Shown: positions 29,944 through 38,844 of the stretch, piece by piece | How the letters are laid out: each line of letters starts with the position of its first letter | Position numbering within the stretch: position 1 is the stretch's first letter | From: Thermoanaerobaculia bacterium | GTDB taxonomy: Bacteria; Acidobacteriota; Thermoanaerobaculia; UBA5066 | Reading direction: 5' to 3' | DNA: 64,000 nucleotides | Assembly: GCA_963719225.1 (NCBI GenBank) | Contig: CAVRAY010000001.1 | Coordinates: 2,432,001 to 2,496,000 of the forward strand | Made by a program: the position numbers and the translations under genes | The notes under the pieces: model-generated | Seen by the model: the letters and a program-made list of their open reading frames with translations, nothing else | Told to the model about the DNA's origin: nothing | The model's database searches: none

Positions 29944-30880
29944 TGTCGGGGCTAAACAGATTGTTCACTCTGGACACCGGCGGTTTACCTCCGAGTGAGG
30001 AGTGCTGGCGGTGGAAATTGTAGTAGTGGAGCCAGCGCGGTAAAGCGTGGCGGCGCTTTGCTGAGGAAGAGTAAGAGCGGCGATAGGCCCACTCCCTGAG
30101 CATGGTCTGGATGAAGCGCTCGGCCTTGCCGTTGGTGCGCGGGCGGTAGCGGTGGGTGAAGCCGTGCCGAATCGAGGCCCTGTCGAGGACTTCGTTGAAA
30201 GTGCCCGAGGTAAAGACCTTGCCGTTATCGGTGAGGAGTCGTCGGGGCTGTATCCCCGAGCCGCGGTACCAGGCGATGGCGCGCTCGAGGAATCCGGCCG
30301 CCGTGTGTTTGTCTTCGGTTTTCAGCGGCTCGACGTAGCTCAGGCGCGAGTGGTCGTCGATGCACACGTAGATGTGCTCGTAGCCGACGCCGCGCTTCAT
30401 TCTTGTGCGGTCGCCGTGGATGCGGTGGCCTGGACCTCCGACGATGTGGGCCAGCTTCTTGATGTCGATGTGGAGGAGGTCTCCGGGATTCGGGAGCTCG
30501 TAGCGATTCGGCGGCTCGGGCGGCTGACGGGATCGCAGACGGCCCACGCCGGCCTTTCGAAGAATCCGGCTCACCGTGGCCCGTGGCAGCCCGATCGTCT
30601 CGGAGATCTCGCGCCCCACGAGGCGCTTCTGGCGCATCTCCAGTACCCTCCTTCTAAGCTTCTCTGGCGTTCGCGTGGGAGAGCTGCGCGGCCGGCTCGT
30701 TCGGTCCAACAGCCCCGCCAAGCCTTCCTCACGGTAGCGCCTCAGCCCCTTGGCCACGGTTCTGACGCTCAGTCCAAGGGCTTCCGCCGCCTCCCGGCGG
30801 CTCCAGCCCTCGGACTGCACTCTGTGGACGGTTAGCTCTCGACTTCGGGGGTTCGTTCTTGCTCTGCTATGGCAGTTCAT
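29864..30880 (-). CDS. IS481-family DDE transposase (frame reads through the IS end)
   Basis: HTH N-terminus; motifs HIDIKK, IDDHSR, TDNG, TNGKAERF and YN.HR.HSSL. Confidence 0.92.
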   Translation of the reverse strand: MNCHSRARTNPRSRELTVHRVQSEGWSRREAAEALGLSVRTVAKGLRRYREEGLAGLLDRTSRPRSSPTRTPEKLRRRVLEMRQKRLVGREISETIGLPRATVSRILRKAGVGRLRSRQPPEPPNRYELPNPGDLLHIDIKKLAHIVGGPGHRIHGDRTRMKRGVGYEHIYVCIDDHSRLSYVEPLKTEDKHTAAGFLERAIAWYRGSGIQPRRLLTDNGKVFTSGTFNEVLDRASIRHGFTHRYRPRTNGKAERFIQTMLREWAYRRSYSSSAKRRHALPRWLHYYNFHRQHSSLGGKPPVSRVNNLFSPDSLLSARRRSPPFRGRAGGRSRRRDGG

Positions 30881-30966
30881 CCGGGTCTCTCCGATGGCCT
30901 GCTGATGTTTCGCACCAACAGCTTCCCACCGGTTAACCCGGGTGAACAACCTCCTGAGTCTTTACA
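29944..30966 (-). mobile_element. IS481-family insertion sequence
   Basis: TGT...ACA ends with imperfect terminal inverted repeats (TGTCGGGGCTAAACAGATTGTTCAC / TGTAAAGACTCAGGAGGTTGTTCAC). Right flank is GCTAGC. Confidence 0.9.
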
Positions 30967-30980
30967 GCTAGCTGAGCTCT

Positions 30981-32369
30981 CTAGGGCAGCGGCGTTATGA
31001 ACGAGCCGTCCGACGTCACGTTGTCGTTGATGACGGCGTAGGCGTAGTACGGCGCGCTGCCCGACACGCGCTCCACCCGGACATAGCCGTTGGCTGCCGC
31101 CGGCGCGATGTCGGTCAAGCGGTACTGGTGGAAGTCGCCGGGCGAGAGCGTCTGCTCGACCGAGCCGGTGACGGAGCTGCCGTCACCAGAGAGGAACGTC
31201 ACCCGCAGCCTCACGTCACCGTCGGCCGCCGCTCCGCCGTTCTGGATCGCCACATTCGTGCGGTCCGACGCGCTCTCGCGCAGCGCGCAAAGGTACGCCG
31301 TGCCGGCGAGGAGCTGGCCGACCGGCACGCCGGAGTACGCCAGGCCCGCCCGGCCGGCCGGGGCGCCCGGCGGGACGGGCGTCGCCGTGCGCACGGTGAC
31401 GACGGCCGCAGAGGCCGACGAGAGGCCGGCGAACGCCACGCGCAGCGTGCCGACGCGGTTGCCGCTGTCGGGGAGCGGCACGCCCTTCACGCGCAGATAG
31501 TTGATCGCGTCCGAGACGATGCGCTGCTCTCCGGGGGCGAGCGAATCCGAGGCCGAGCCGGTGCCGCCGCCGGTCGCCGCCACGTACGTGTAGGTGATCG
31601 AGGCGGGCGTCGTCCCGCGGTTCGTGAGCGCCATCTCCGACGTGTAGAACGAGCCCGCGGCACCGGACGAGGAGAGGATGACCGGCACGAAGAGCGTCGC
31701 CGTCGTCGATGCCGGCGTGTACGTGAGTTGCGTAACGTTTCCGCCCGGGCCGAGCTCCCCGGTCGCGGCGTCGACCGGCACCGCGAACACACCGTTGATC
31801 ACGCAGCTCGAGTTCGCGCACTGTATGACATCGAATTCCCCGGTTCCCGATCCCGAGAAACTTGTGGCCTGGATATCGATCAGGAGGGGGCCGTTCGCCC
31901 GGTTGTACCGAAATGGCGTGGTGAACACGATGTTGTTGGCGAATGGGCACGGACCGGGTGCGGCACACCCGGCGCCCGTAAGCGTGAAATTGCTGGGTGA
32001 CATCACGAGCGTGTTATCTGACCCGACATTGTTCGCGAAGGTCGTGCTGATCAGCGGGTGTCCCGTCGAATTCGCCCAATTGGGGCTGGTAGACAGATAG
32101 ATGTTCCCGCTGAGGCTGACATTGACCGCTCCCGTGCCGGGGGCTGCCCGCCACGTAAACCCCGTGATGTCGATCGGCCCCGACGGGAACTGGTCCGGGT
32201 CAAACACCGTCTGAGACCGCGCGGAAACCGACGACCCCGGAAGCGGCCCCGATGTATCGTTTCCCGTGACTGTTGCGTTGCCGTTGGGCACCACGACACT
32301 CTGCCCGAAAACGGGCGCGGCCATCGCGGTGGAAAGAGCGATGGCGATCCGAAGCAAAGAACGATGCAT
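30981..32369 (-). CDS. secreted beta-rich protein with conserved C-terminal domain
   Basis: AGGAGG RBS; signal peptide MHRSLLRIAIALSTAMAAPVFG; C-terminal domain LFVPVI.SSSGAAGSFYTSE...AYAVINDNVTSD. Confidence 0.8.
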   Translation of the reverse strand: MHRSLLRIAIALSTAMAAPVFGQSVVVPNGNATVTGNDTSGPLPGSSVSARSQTVFDPDQFPSGPIDITGFTWRAAPGTGAVNVSLSGNIYLSTSPNWANSTGHPLISTTFANNVGSDNTLVMSPSNFTLTGAGCAAPGPCPFANNIVFTTPFRYNRANGPLLIDIQATSFSGSGTGEFDVIQCANSSCVINGVFAVPVDAATGELGPGGNVTQLTYTPASTTATLFVPVILSSSGAAGSFYTSEMALTNRGTTPASITYTYVAATGGGTGSASDSLAPGEQRIVSDAINYLRVKGVPLPDSGNRVGTLRVAFAGLSSASAAVVTVRTATPVPPGAPAGRAGLAYSGVPVGQLLAGTAYLCALRESASDRTNVAIQNGGAAADGDVRLRVTFLSGDGSSVTGSVEQTLSPGDFHQYRLTDIAPAAANGYVRVERVSGSAPYYAYAVINDNVTSDGSFITPLP

Positions 32370-32408
32370 GTCAGCCTCCTTAAGAGCATCCAATTTCTGT
32401 GACCGAAA

Positions 32409-32433
32409 ATGCACGTCACTAATCCGCGGGGTC
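32409..32433. repeat. 25-bp direct repeat, copy 2 (contains the stop of the 32419-33711 gene)
   Basis: Identical to 29674-29698. Confidence 0.9.
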
Positions 32434-33711
32434 GAAAGCGAAGTCCGTTGGGCCGAGGAAGATCGAGTCACCGGTCTGGTTGTCGATCACGGTGACGTAC
32501 GGAAGCACGGCGAGCGCCGACTCGACGTCGAGGAACGCGTCCGTCGTGACCTCCGCGCCGCCCCCCACGGCCGCGAAGATGTCGTTGATCTGACGCGACT
32601 CGAAGGGTCCCCAGCTCTGCGTCACGGTCTGTCCGATCTGCCTGACGCTGGTCCCGACCGGCTGGAAGAGCCTGAAGGACACGTCGACCGCGATGTCGTT
32701 ATTGTTGTATACGCCGACATTCGACCGGAATCCGGCGCTGCGGTCCCCGCCGTTGTTTCCGAGGCCCGGGAAGCCCGCGTGCCCCGTCGCCGCGTAGGGT
32801 CCGAGGGCCGGGACGGCCGCTCCGTTCGTCGGGGCCGGGAGCGAAGGCGTGTAGACGCGGGAGAGAGCGACGAGAGTGTCGGTCTTGTACTTCGTCTGGT
32901 AGGACAGCTCGAGGGCGCCGGCCGTCCCGGGAGCGCCGAAGAGAGTTCCCGCGATGTCCGGGATCGTTTTCCCCGAACCCGCGGGCATCACGAAAGAGGC
33001 CGTAGCGCTGCCGCAGTTCTGCCCGTTGAAGCAGCGGTACCGGGCCGTCACGTTCTTGGTCTCGGTTGTGCCGTTGACCAGCCAGACATCGGAGTGGAAG
33101 AAGGAGTTGTTCACGCCGTGCACCGACGCGACGGCCGGGATCGTGATCGTCCGGTTGAAGGTGGCGGGCTCGTCGCCCGTGATCCTGACCGCCACGCCGT
33201 TGGCCCGGAATTTGTCGAGAGGCGGGTTGAAGCCATACGTTTCGATGACCGGACAGGTCTCCGACGTCATGATCTGGAAGACCGGGCGGTTACCGCCGAC
33301 GTCCGCCGGCTTGCTCACCGTCTGCGTCTCGAACGTCAGAGTCGAGTCCTGGGGGACGGCGACGGTTCCGAAGTCGAACGTGACGGGCTGGTAACCGAGC
33401 GTCGAGGCCGAGACGTTCAGGGAGACGGTGGCTCTACCCAGGCTGGTCCCCGTGCTGAAAGTGCCCGACCGGGCCTGAAGCGCGAGACTGTAGGCGCCGG
33501 CTCCCGGAAACGCGATGTAAAGCGTGACCTGCTTGAGCGATGTGCCCGGGTAGGACTTGAGGTAGAACCCCAGCCGCCCGAAAACGTTGCTCGCGCTGGC
33601 GGTCGACAGCCACGGGCAGTCCACCACGGGCGGCTGGTCCGCCAAGGCCGACCCGCCGAGAGCGAGAAAGAGTAGGGTGAGAAAGCCTCGTTGCGAGCGA
33701 CGTCTTTGCAT
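32419..33711 (-). CDS. secreted beta-rich protein with related C-terminal domain
   Basis: Signal peptide ending ALA; C-terminal domain ITIPAVASVHGVNNSFFHSD...YVTVIDNQTGD. Confidence 0.8.
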   Translation of the reverse strand: MQRRRSQRGFLTLLFLALGGSALADQPPVVDCPWLSTASASNVFGRLGFYLKSYPGTSLKQVTLYIAFPGAGAYSLALQARSGTFSTGTSLGRATVSLNVSASTLGYQPVTFDFGTVAVPQDSTLTFETQTVSKPADVGGNRPVFQIMTSETCPVIETYGFNPPLDKFRANGVAVRITGDEPATFNRTITIPAVASVHGVNNSFFHSDVWLVNGTTETKNVTARYRCFNGQNCGSATASFVMPAGSGKTIPDIAGTLFGAPGTAGALELSYQTKYKTDTLVALSRVYTPSLPAPTNGAAVPALGPYAATGHAGFPGLGNNGGDRSAGFRSNVGVYNNNDIAVDVSFRLFQPVGTSVRQIGQTVTQSWGPFESRQINDIFAAVGGGAEVTTDAFLDVESALAVLPYVTVIDNQTGDSIFLGPTDFAFDPAD

Positions 33712-33863
33712 CTCTTCCTCCTTCGTCCTGCACCTGTAGGCGAATGAGTGCGTGGAAACGGCTCACGCGCTTCTCAACCGAGGCGATCGTCCTGGCCGAC
33801 ATCGGCTACGTGCAGCACGGCAGCGAGGAGATGGAACCTCCCGGCCGCTTCGGAAGCGCTCCG

Positions 33864-35594
33864 CTACCCGAGAATCTCGAAGCGAAGCCCCCCGAAGACG
33901 GCGGACGCCATTGAGCCGTCGAGGCTGCCGATCCCGAACCAGACGCCCAGGTCGTCGCGGTACTCGGTGTGGCCGGTGTAGTCGCGGATGAGAATCTGCC
34001 CGTCCACGGATAGGGCGGCGGCGGCGCGGACCGGATCGTATGCCATCTCCAGTCGAACCAGACGCGGCGCCGGCGGAAGGTTGACCGCCGCGTGAATCCC
34101 GTCCCAGCCGGTGCGAATCTGTTTCGTGGCGATTAACTCGACGCCGTCTCGCGTCACGTTGAACCCAGCGTCGAAGCGGGGCGCGAAATGGCCGGAGTCG
34201 ACTCCTAACACGGCGTTTCCGGACTCCGGCCGGCAGAGTGCCGATACCTTCCAGCCGCGGCGAAAGGCCCATTCCTTTTGCCGCGGCGTTAGCTTCCTGT
34301 GCAGCTGCCCTTGATCCGGCGAGATACATCGCATCGCGCTGATGGTGCCGCCGGTAAAGTCCCGTATGGCGCGCTCCGTCAGCTCCCGGTGAATGCTGAA
34401 CCCGGCCATCTCCGCCTGAGCGCCCCGTGGGAAATCGATGACCCGCTCTTTCGAGTCGAGCGGGGCCATCCGGTCCCGCAGCCACCATCCTCCGGCGGCC
34501 GCCCCCATGACCGCCGTCGCCCCGCTCGCCAGCATCCAGCGCCGTGAGCGGCGAAGGACCCAGAGCCGGGCGAGCCGCGAATCGATCGCGCCCGCCTGGA
34601 GCGCGTCGGCCATCTCCCCGGTGAAAGCGGTGACTGGCGCCGGACGGCGCGCCGCCACGTATGCCAGCGCGCGCGCCAGCAGCTTGCCAACTCCGGTCCC
34701 GAGGTCCGGGCGCAGCCGGTAGAACGCGTCCCCCACGCCCTTCCTCTGAAGCTCCGGCAGGGCAAACGGAGACACGGAATCGAACGGGCGCGCTCCGGCC
34801 AGCATCTCCCATGCGATCACGCCCAGCGCATAGACGTCGCTCGGGGCCTCGGCCTTGCCCATGAGGTGCTCCGGAGCCATGTAGACGGCGCTGCCCATGA
34901 GGTGGGTCGTGGTCTCGGGTGACGCGCCAGCGTCTCCGACCTGGGCGATGCCGAAGTCGATCAGGAGCGGATGCTCGCCGTCCGCGCGCCTCACCAGCAG
35001 AATGTTCTCGGGCTTCAGGTCGCGATGGAGCACTCCCTTTGCATGAGCGTAGCCGACGGCCTCACCGATCTCGCGCAGGAGGCGCGCGGCGAACGGAGCG
35101 TCGAGAGGCCCGGCGGCGAGCCCGTCGCGCAGCGTACGTCCTTCGTGAAACGGGAGGACCAGAAAGAGGCGCCCGTCCTCGATCTCGCCGGCGTCGATCA
35201 GGCTCACGATGCCGGGATGATCCAGTCGCGCCAGCACGCCGGCTTCCTCGCGAAAGCGCCGGCGCATCCAGTCTTCCGAGGACCAGAAATCGTGCAGCAG
35301 CTTGACGACGACGCGGCGCCCGGCGACCTGTTCGTCGCAGGCCTCGAAGACCACGCCCGAGCCTCCCCGTCCCAGCACGCATCTCAGCGAATACCGCCCG
35401 GCGATTCGGCGGCCCACCCACGGGTTCTCCCGCTGCGGGCCGCCGCCTTCCAGAAAGTCGCCCGCCCGGCGGTGCCAGGCGAAGAGTCCGGCCAGGTCGG
35501 GATCGCCCGAGGCGGCGACGTGGGCCTCTGGATCGGCCGATTCCAGCGCTTCCGCCAGGCGCTCGGAGAGCTCCTCCCAGCGCCGCCCGATCAC
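33864..35594 (-). CDS. membrane-anchored Hanks-type Ser/Thr protein kinase
   Basis: Motifs LGRGGSGVVF, VVKLL, HRDLKPEN, DFGIA and YMAPE; a TM segment then an extracytoplasmic domain. GTGA overlap with the ECF gene. Confidence 0.92.
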   Translation of the reverse strand: MIGRRWEELSERLAEALESADPEAHVAASGDPDLAGLFAWHRRAGDFLEGGGPQRENPWVGRRIAGRYSLRCVLGRGGSGVVFEACDEQVAGRRVVVKLLHDFWSSEDWMRRRFREEAGVLARLDHPGIVSLIDAGEIEDGRLFLVLPFHEGRTLRDGLAAGPLDAPFAARLLREIGEAVGYAHAKGVLHRDLKPENILLVRRADGEHPLLIDFGIAQVGDAGASPETTTHLMGSAVYMAPEHLMGKAEAPSDVYALGVIAWEMLAGARPFDSVSPFALPELQRKGVGDAFYRLRPDLGTGVGKLLARALAYVAARRPAPVTAFTGEMADALQAGAIDSRLARLWVLRRSRRWMLASGATAVMGAAAGGWWLRDRMAPLDSKERVIDFPRGAQAEMAGFSIHRELTERAIRDFTGGTISAMRCISPDQGQLHRKLTPRQKEWAFRRGWKVSALCRPESGNAVLGVDSGHFAPRFDAGFNVTRDGVELIATKQIRTGWDGIHAAVNLPPAPRLVRLEMAYDPVRAAAALSVDGQILIRDYTGHTEYRDDLGVWFGIGSLDGSMASAVFGGLRFEILG

Positions 35595-36136
35595 GCGGAA
35601 TTCCCGCGGAGCTGCCCGTACAGCCACGCCCGCCCGGCGAGCCAGTCGCGCTTGACCGTGGCGGGCGAGACCTCGAGGCATTGCGCGATCTCCTCGTTCG
35701 ACATGCCGCCGAAGTAGCGCAGCTCGATGACGCGACCCGCACGCGGGTGAGCCTTTTCGAGCTTGCTCAGCGCGAGATCCAGATCGAGCGTGTTCTCTTC
35801 AATCCGATCGTCGATGCGCATCGAAACGACGGCGCGCTCGTGTGTCGCGCGGCGCCTGGCGTGATCGACGAGGATCTGGCGCATCAACCGCGAGCACAGC
35901 GACAGGAAATGCACGCGGTCACGGAGCTCGACCGCGTCGAGCGCCACGAACTTCTGCCACGCCTCGTTCACCAGGGCCGTGGGCTGCAACAGATGGCCGG
36001 GGCGCTCGTGTCGAAAATGGGCCTGCGCGATGCGATAAAGCTCCGGGTAGGCCTTTTCGATCAAGCGATCCCCGGCGGTCCGGTCGCCGGATCGGAGTTC
36101 GCGCAGAAGGGCCGTGATCTCGCCGGTCTGAGACAT
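35591..36136 (-). CDS. ECF RNA polymerase sigma factor (TIGR02999/ECF43-like)
   Basis: Motifs EITALL, LQPTALVNEAW, MRQILVDHAR, VIELRYFGG and TVKRDW. Confidence 0.9.
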   Translation of the reverse strand: MSQTGEITALLRELRSGDRTAGDRLIEKAYPELYRIAQAHFRHERPGHLLQPTALVNEAWQKFVALDAVELRDRVHFLSLCSRLMRQILVDHARRRATHERAVVSMRIDDRIEENTLDLDLALSKLEKAHPRAGRVIELRYFGGMSNEEIAQCLEVSPATVKRDWLAGRAWLYGQLRGNSA

Positions 36137-36303
36137 CTGGATGAGATCCGGAATCTTATCGTGGCCGGGGGAAATTCTGGCAACGTGAAACGGTCGAGAC
36201 CATCGAGGCTGGCGGTGGTCATTAGCGGTGGCGGCTCACGGAGACTGGTCGCACTACATCCCGACAGGCGCCGGTCGCCTCATTTCGGTAGAGTCATCCG
36301 CAG

Positions 36304-37830
36304 ATGACCGTTGCCCGTGCGTTTTCGGCCGCCGTTGTGGGACTCGAAGGCCGCACGGTCGTCGTCGAGGCCGCGATCGGGGCGGGGCTTCCCGCCCTGA
36401 CGATCGTCGGCCTCCCGGACGCGGCTGTAAAGGAAAGCCGCGAACGCATCCGCTCGGCGCTCCGCCACGTCGGGTTCCCGCTTCCCTCGAAGAACGTGGT
36501 CGTCAACCTCGCGCCGGCCGATCTTCCGAAGTCGGGCACGGCACTCGACCTTGCCGTGGCGCTCGCCATCCTCGCCGCGAACGGCGACCTGCCGGCCGAA
36601 GCGCTCGCGAAAACGACTCTCGTCGGCGAGCTCGCCCTCGACGGAGAGCTCCGCGGCGTTCCGGGCGTGCTGTCGTTTGCCGAGACGTCGCGCCGGGAAG
36701 AGCGAGCCCTCCTCGTTCCGGCCGAAAACGCGGAGGAGGCGGCCGCCGTTCCCTCCCTTCACGTTTTCGCGGCCCCGCACCTCGGCGCGGCGATCGCCCA
36801 CCTCCTCGGGCGGGAAGTGCTTCCGCGCGTCGTGCCTTCCGCCGTTCGCCCGCCGACTCCGGGAGCCGAGCCCGATCTCGCGGACGTGAGAGGCCAGGCG
36901 GTCGCGCGCCGGGCCCTGGAGATCGCCGCCGCGGGCGGGCACAACATCCTTTTTTCCGGCCCGCCGGGCGCCGGCAAGACGATGCTGGCGCGGAGGCTTC
37001 CGGGGATCCTCCCGCCGCTCTCGCGCGAGGAGAGCCTGGACGCGACGCGCATCTGGAGCGTCGCGGGGCGTCTTCCCGCGGGAAGCGGGCTCCTGACGCA
37101 GCGCCCGTTCCGCGCGCCGCATCACGGCGCGTCCGCGGCTGCTCTCGCGGGCGGCGGAGCCGACCCGCGTCCCGGAGAGCTCTCGCTCGCGCACTTCGGC
37201 GTCCTGTTCCTCGACGAGCTCCCGGAATTCCGAAGGGACGCGCTCGAAGCTCTGCGCGAGCCCCTCGAAGACGGCGTCGTCTCCGTCGCCCGCGTGGCCG
37301 GAGCGCGCACGTTTCCCGCGCGCTTTCTCCTCGTCGGCGCGATGAACCCATGCCCCTGCGGCTTCCGCGGAGATCCGCGCCGTGCCTGCACCTGCTCACC
37401 GCGGGACGTGGCGCGCTACCGCAGGAAGATTTCCGGGCCGCTCCTGGATCGAATCGACCTGCATGTCGAGGTGCCGGCGCTCGCCTCGTCGGACCTGGGC
37501 GCGGACGGAGATGGCGAAGGGTCGGCCGCGGTCCGTGCGCGCGTGGAGAAGGCGCGGGCGCGACAGGCCGCACGCACCGGAGACCCGCGGCTCGTGAACG
37601 CGGCCGTGCCGGGCCGGCTCGCGCGATCCATCCTGAAGACGACTCCCGAGGCGCGCGCGCTCCTGACGCGGGCCGTCGACCGCCTCACGCTTTCGGCAAG
37701 GGGCTTCCAGCGCGTTTTGCGCGTTGCCAGAACAATCGCGGACCTCCAGGAGGGAGCGGTCATCCAGCCCGCGCACGTGGCCGAGGCCCTTCGCTACCGT
37801 CCCGTTTCCGAGTCCGCCAATACGACGTAG
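36304..37830 (+). CDS. comM: ComM/YifB Mg-chelatase-related AAA+ ATPase
   Basis: Motifs VGLPDAAVKESRER, NLAPADLPK, GPPGAGKTM, FRAPHH, LFLDELPEF and MNPCPCG. Confidence 0.92.
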   Translation: MTVARAFSAAVVGLEGRTVVVEAAIGAGLPALTIVGLPDAAVKESRERIRSALRHVGFPLPSKNVVVNLAPADLPKSGTALDLAVALAILAANGDLPAEALAKTTLVGELALDGELRGVPGVLSFAETSRREERALLVPAENAEEAAAVPSLHVFAAPHLGAAIAHLLGREVLPRVVPSAVRPPTPGAEPDLADVRGQAVARRALEIAAAGGHNILFSGPPGAGKTMLARRLPGILPPLSREESLDATRIWSVAGRLPAGSGLLTQRPFRAPHHGASAAALAGGGADPRPGELSLAHFGVLFLDELPEFRRDALEALREPLEDGVVSVARVAGARTFPARFLLVGAMNPCPCGFRGDPRRACTCSPRDVARYRRKISGPLLDRIDLHVEVPALASSDLGADGDGEGSAAVRARVEKARARQAARTGDPRLVNAAVPGRLARSILKTTPEARALLTRAVDRLTLSARGFQRVLRVARTIADLQEGAVIQPAHVAEALRYRPVSESANTT

Positions 37831-37965
37831 ACCGTCCTTTGTCAATGAGTTGAATGAGAGACGACTTTCTTTCTTGACTCCCTTTTCTGCGGGCATAAGA
37901 TTCGTCTCGCTCAATCGAGGGCCTTCCAGGTGTAAGGCTGTGCGTGTGTTTGTGTGAAGGAAAAG

Positions 37966-38844
37966 ATGTCGAAAAGAGAGCACACCATCATCTTCCTGCC
38001 GCACGCCAGAGCGCGTTTCCGGCAGTTCCGCGTCTCATCGCGGCTTCTCTGGGGGATGGGGATTTCTTTCGGCTTGGCCGTCGTCCTCGGCGTGACCTTC
38101 TCCGTGCTGTGGGTGCGGTCGATGCGCAGAAACCGGGAGGTCACCGCCATCCTGGCCGAGAACTCCGACCTGAGGTCGCGGGCCGCCCTCACGAACACGC
38201 GCCTCGAGTCGATCGAGAAGATGCTGGCCGACTTCGAGGATCGGACGCGGCGCCTCTCGATCGTCGCCGGCTTGTCGGCGGTGCGGGACCCCGGCATGGG
38301 CGGCGTGGGAGGACTCACGGCGGTGCCCGTGAATCCAGCGGATTCCGTCGAATCGGGCCTCAGTGAGGCCGGGCGCCGGGGCGCGCTCCTGTCGTCGCGC
38401 CTGACGGTCGTCGAGAAGAAGCTCTTCCTTCAGGCGGACCAGCTCGCCCTGACACCGAGCATCACCCCCGCCGCCGGGGTGCTGACGGCGGGTTTCGGGG
38501 CGCGCTCCGACCCGTTCACGAACCACTCCGAATTCCACACGGGCATCGACATCTCGACGCCCGCCGGTAACCGCGTCGTCGCTCCGGCGTCCGGCACGAT
38601 CGTGCGCGTGGGCTGGGACAAGGGGTACGGCCGCTTCGTGGAGATCGCCCACGGCTACGGCGTCACGACGCTCTTCGGCCACCTCCAGACAGCGCGCGTC
38701 GCCGAGGGCCAGCGCGTCAAGCGCGGAGACCTCGTCGCGCTCGTGGGCTCCACGGGCCGCTCCACCGGGCCTCACCTCCATTACGAGGTACACACCGACG
38801 GCAAGCCGGTGAACCCGCTGGATTACGTCCTGAACGCGTTCTGA
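37966..38844 (+). CDS. M23 family metallopeptidase
   Basis: N-terminal TM segment and coiled coil; motifs HTGID, GYG and STGPHLHYEV. Confidence 0.92.
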   Translation: MSKREHTIIFLPHARARFRQFRVSSRLLWGMGISFGLAVVLGVTFSVLWVRSMRRNREVTAILAENSDLRSRAALTNTRLESIEKMLADFEDRTRRLSIVAGLSAVRDPGMGGVGGLTAVPVNPADSVESGLSEAGRRGALLSSRLTVVEKKLFLQADQLALTPSITPAAGVLTAGFGARSDPFTNHSEFHTGIDISTPAGNRVVAPASGTIVRVGWDKGYGRFVEIAHGYGVTTLFGHLQTARVAEGQRVKRGDLVALVGSTGRSTGPHLHYEVHTDGKPVNPLDYVLNAF

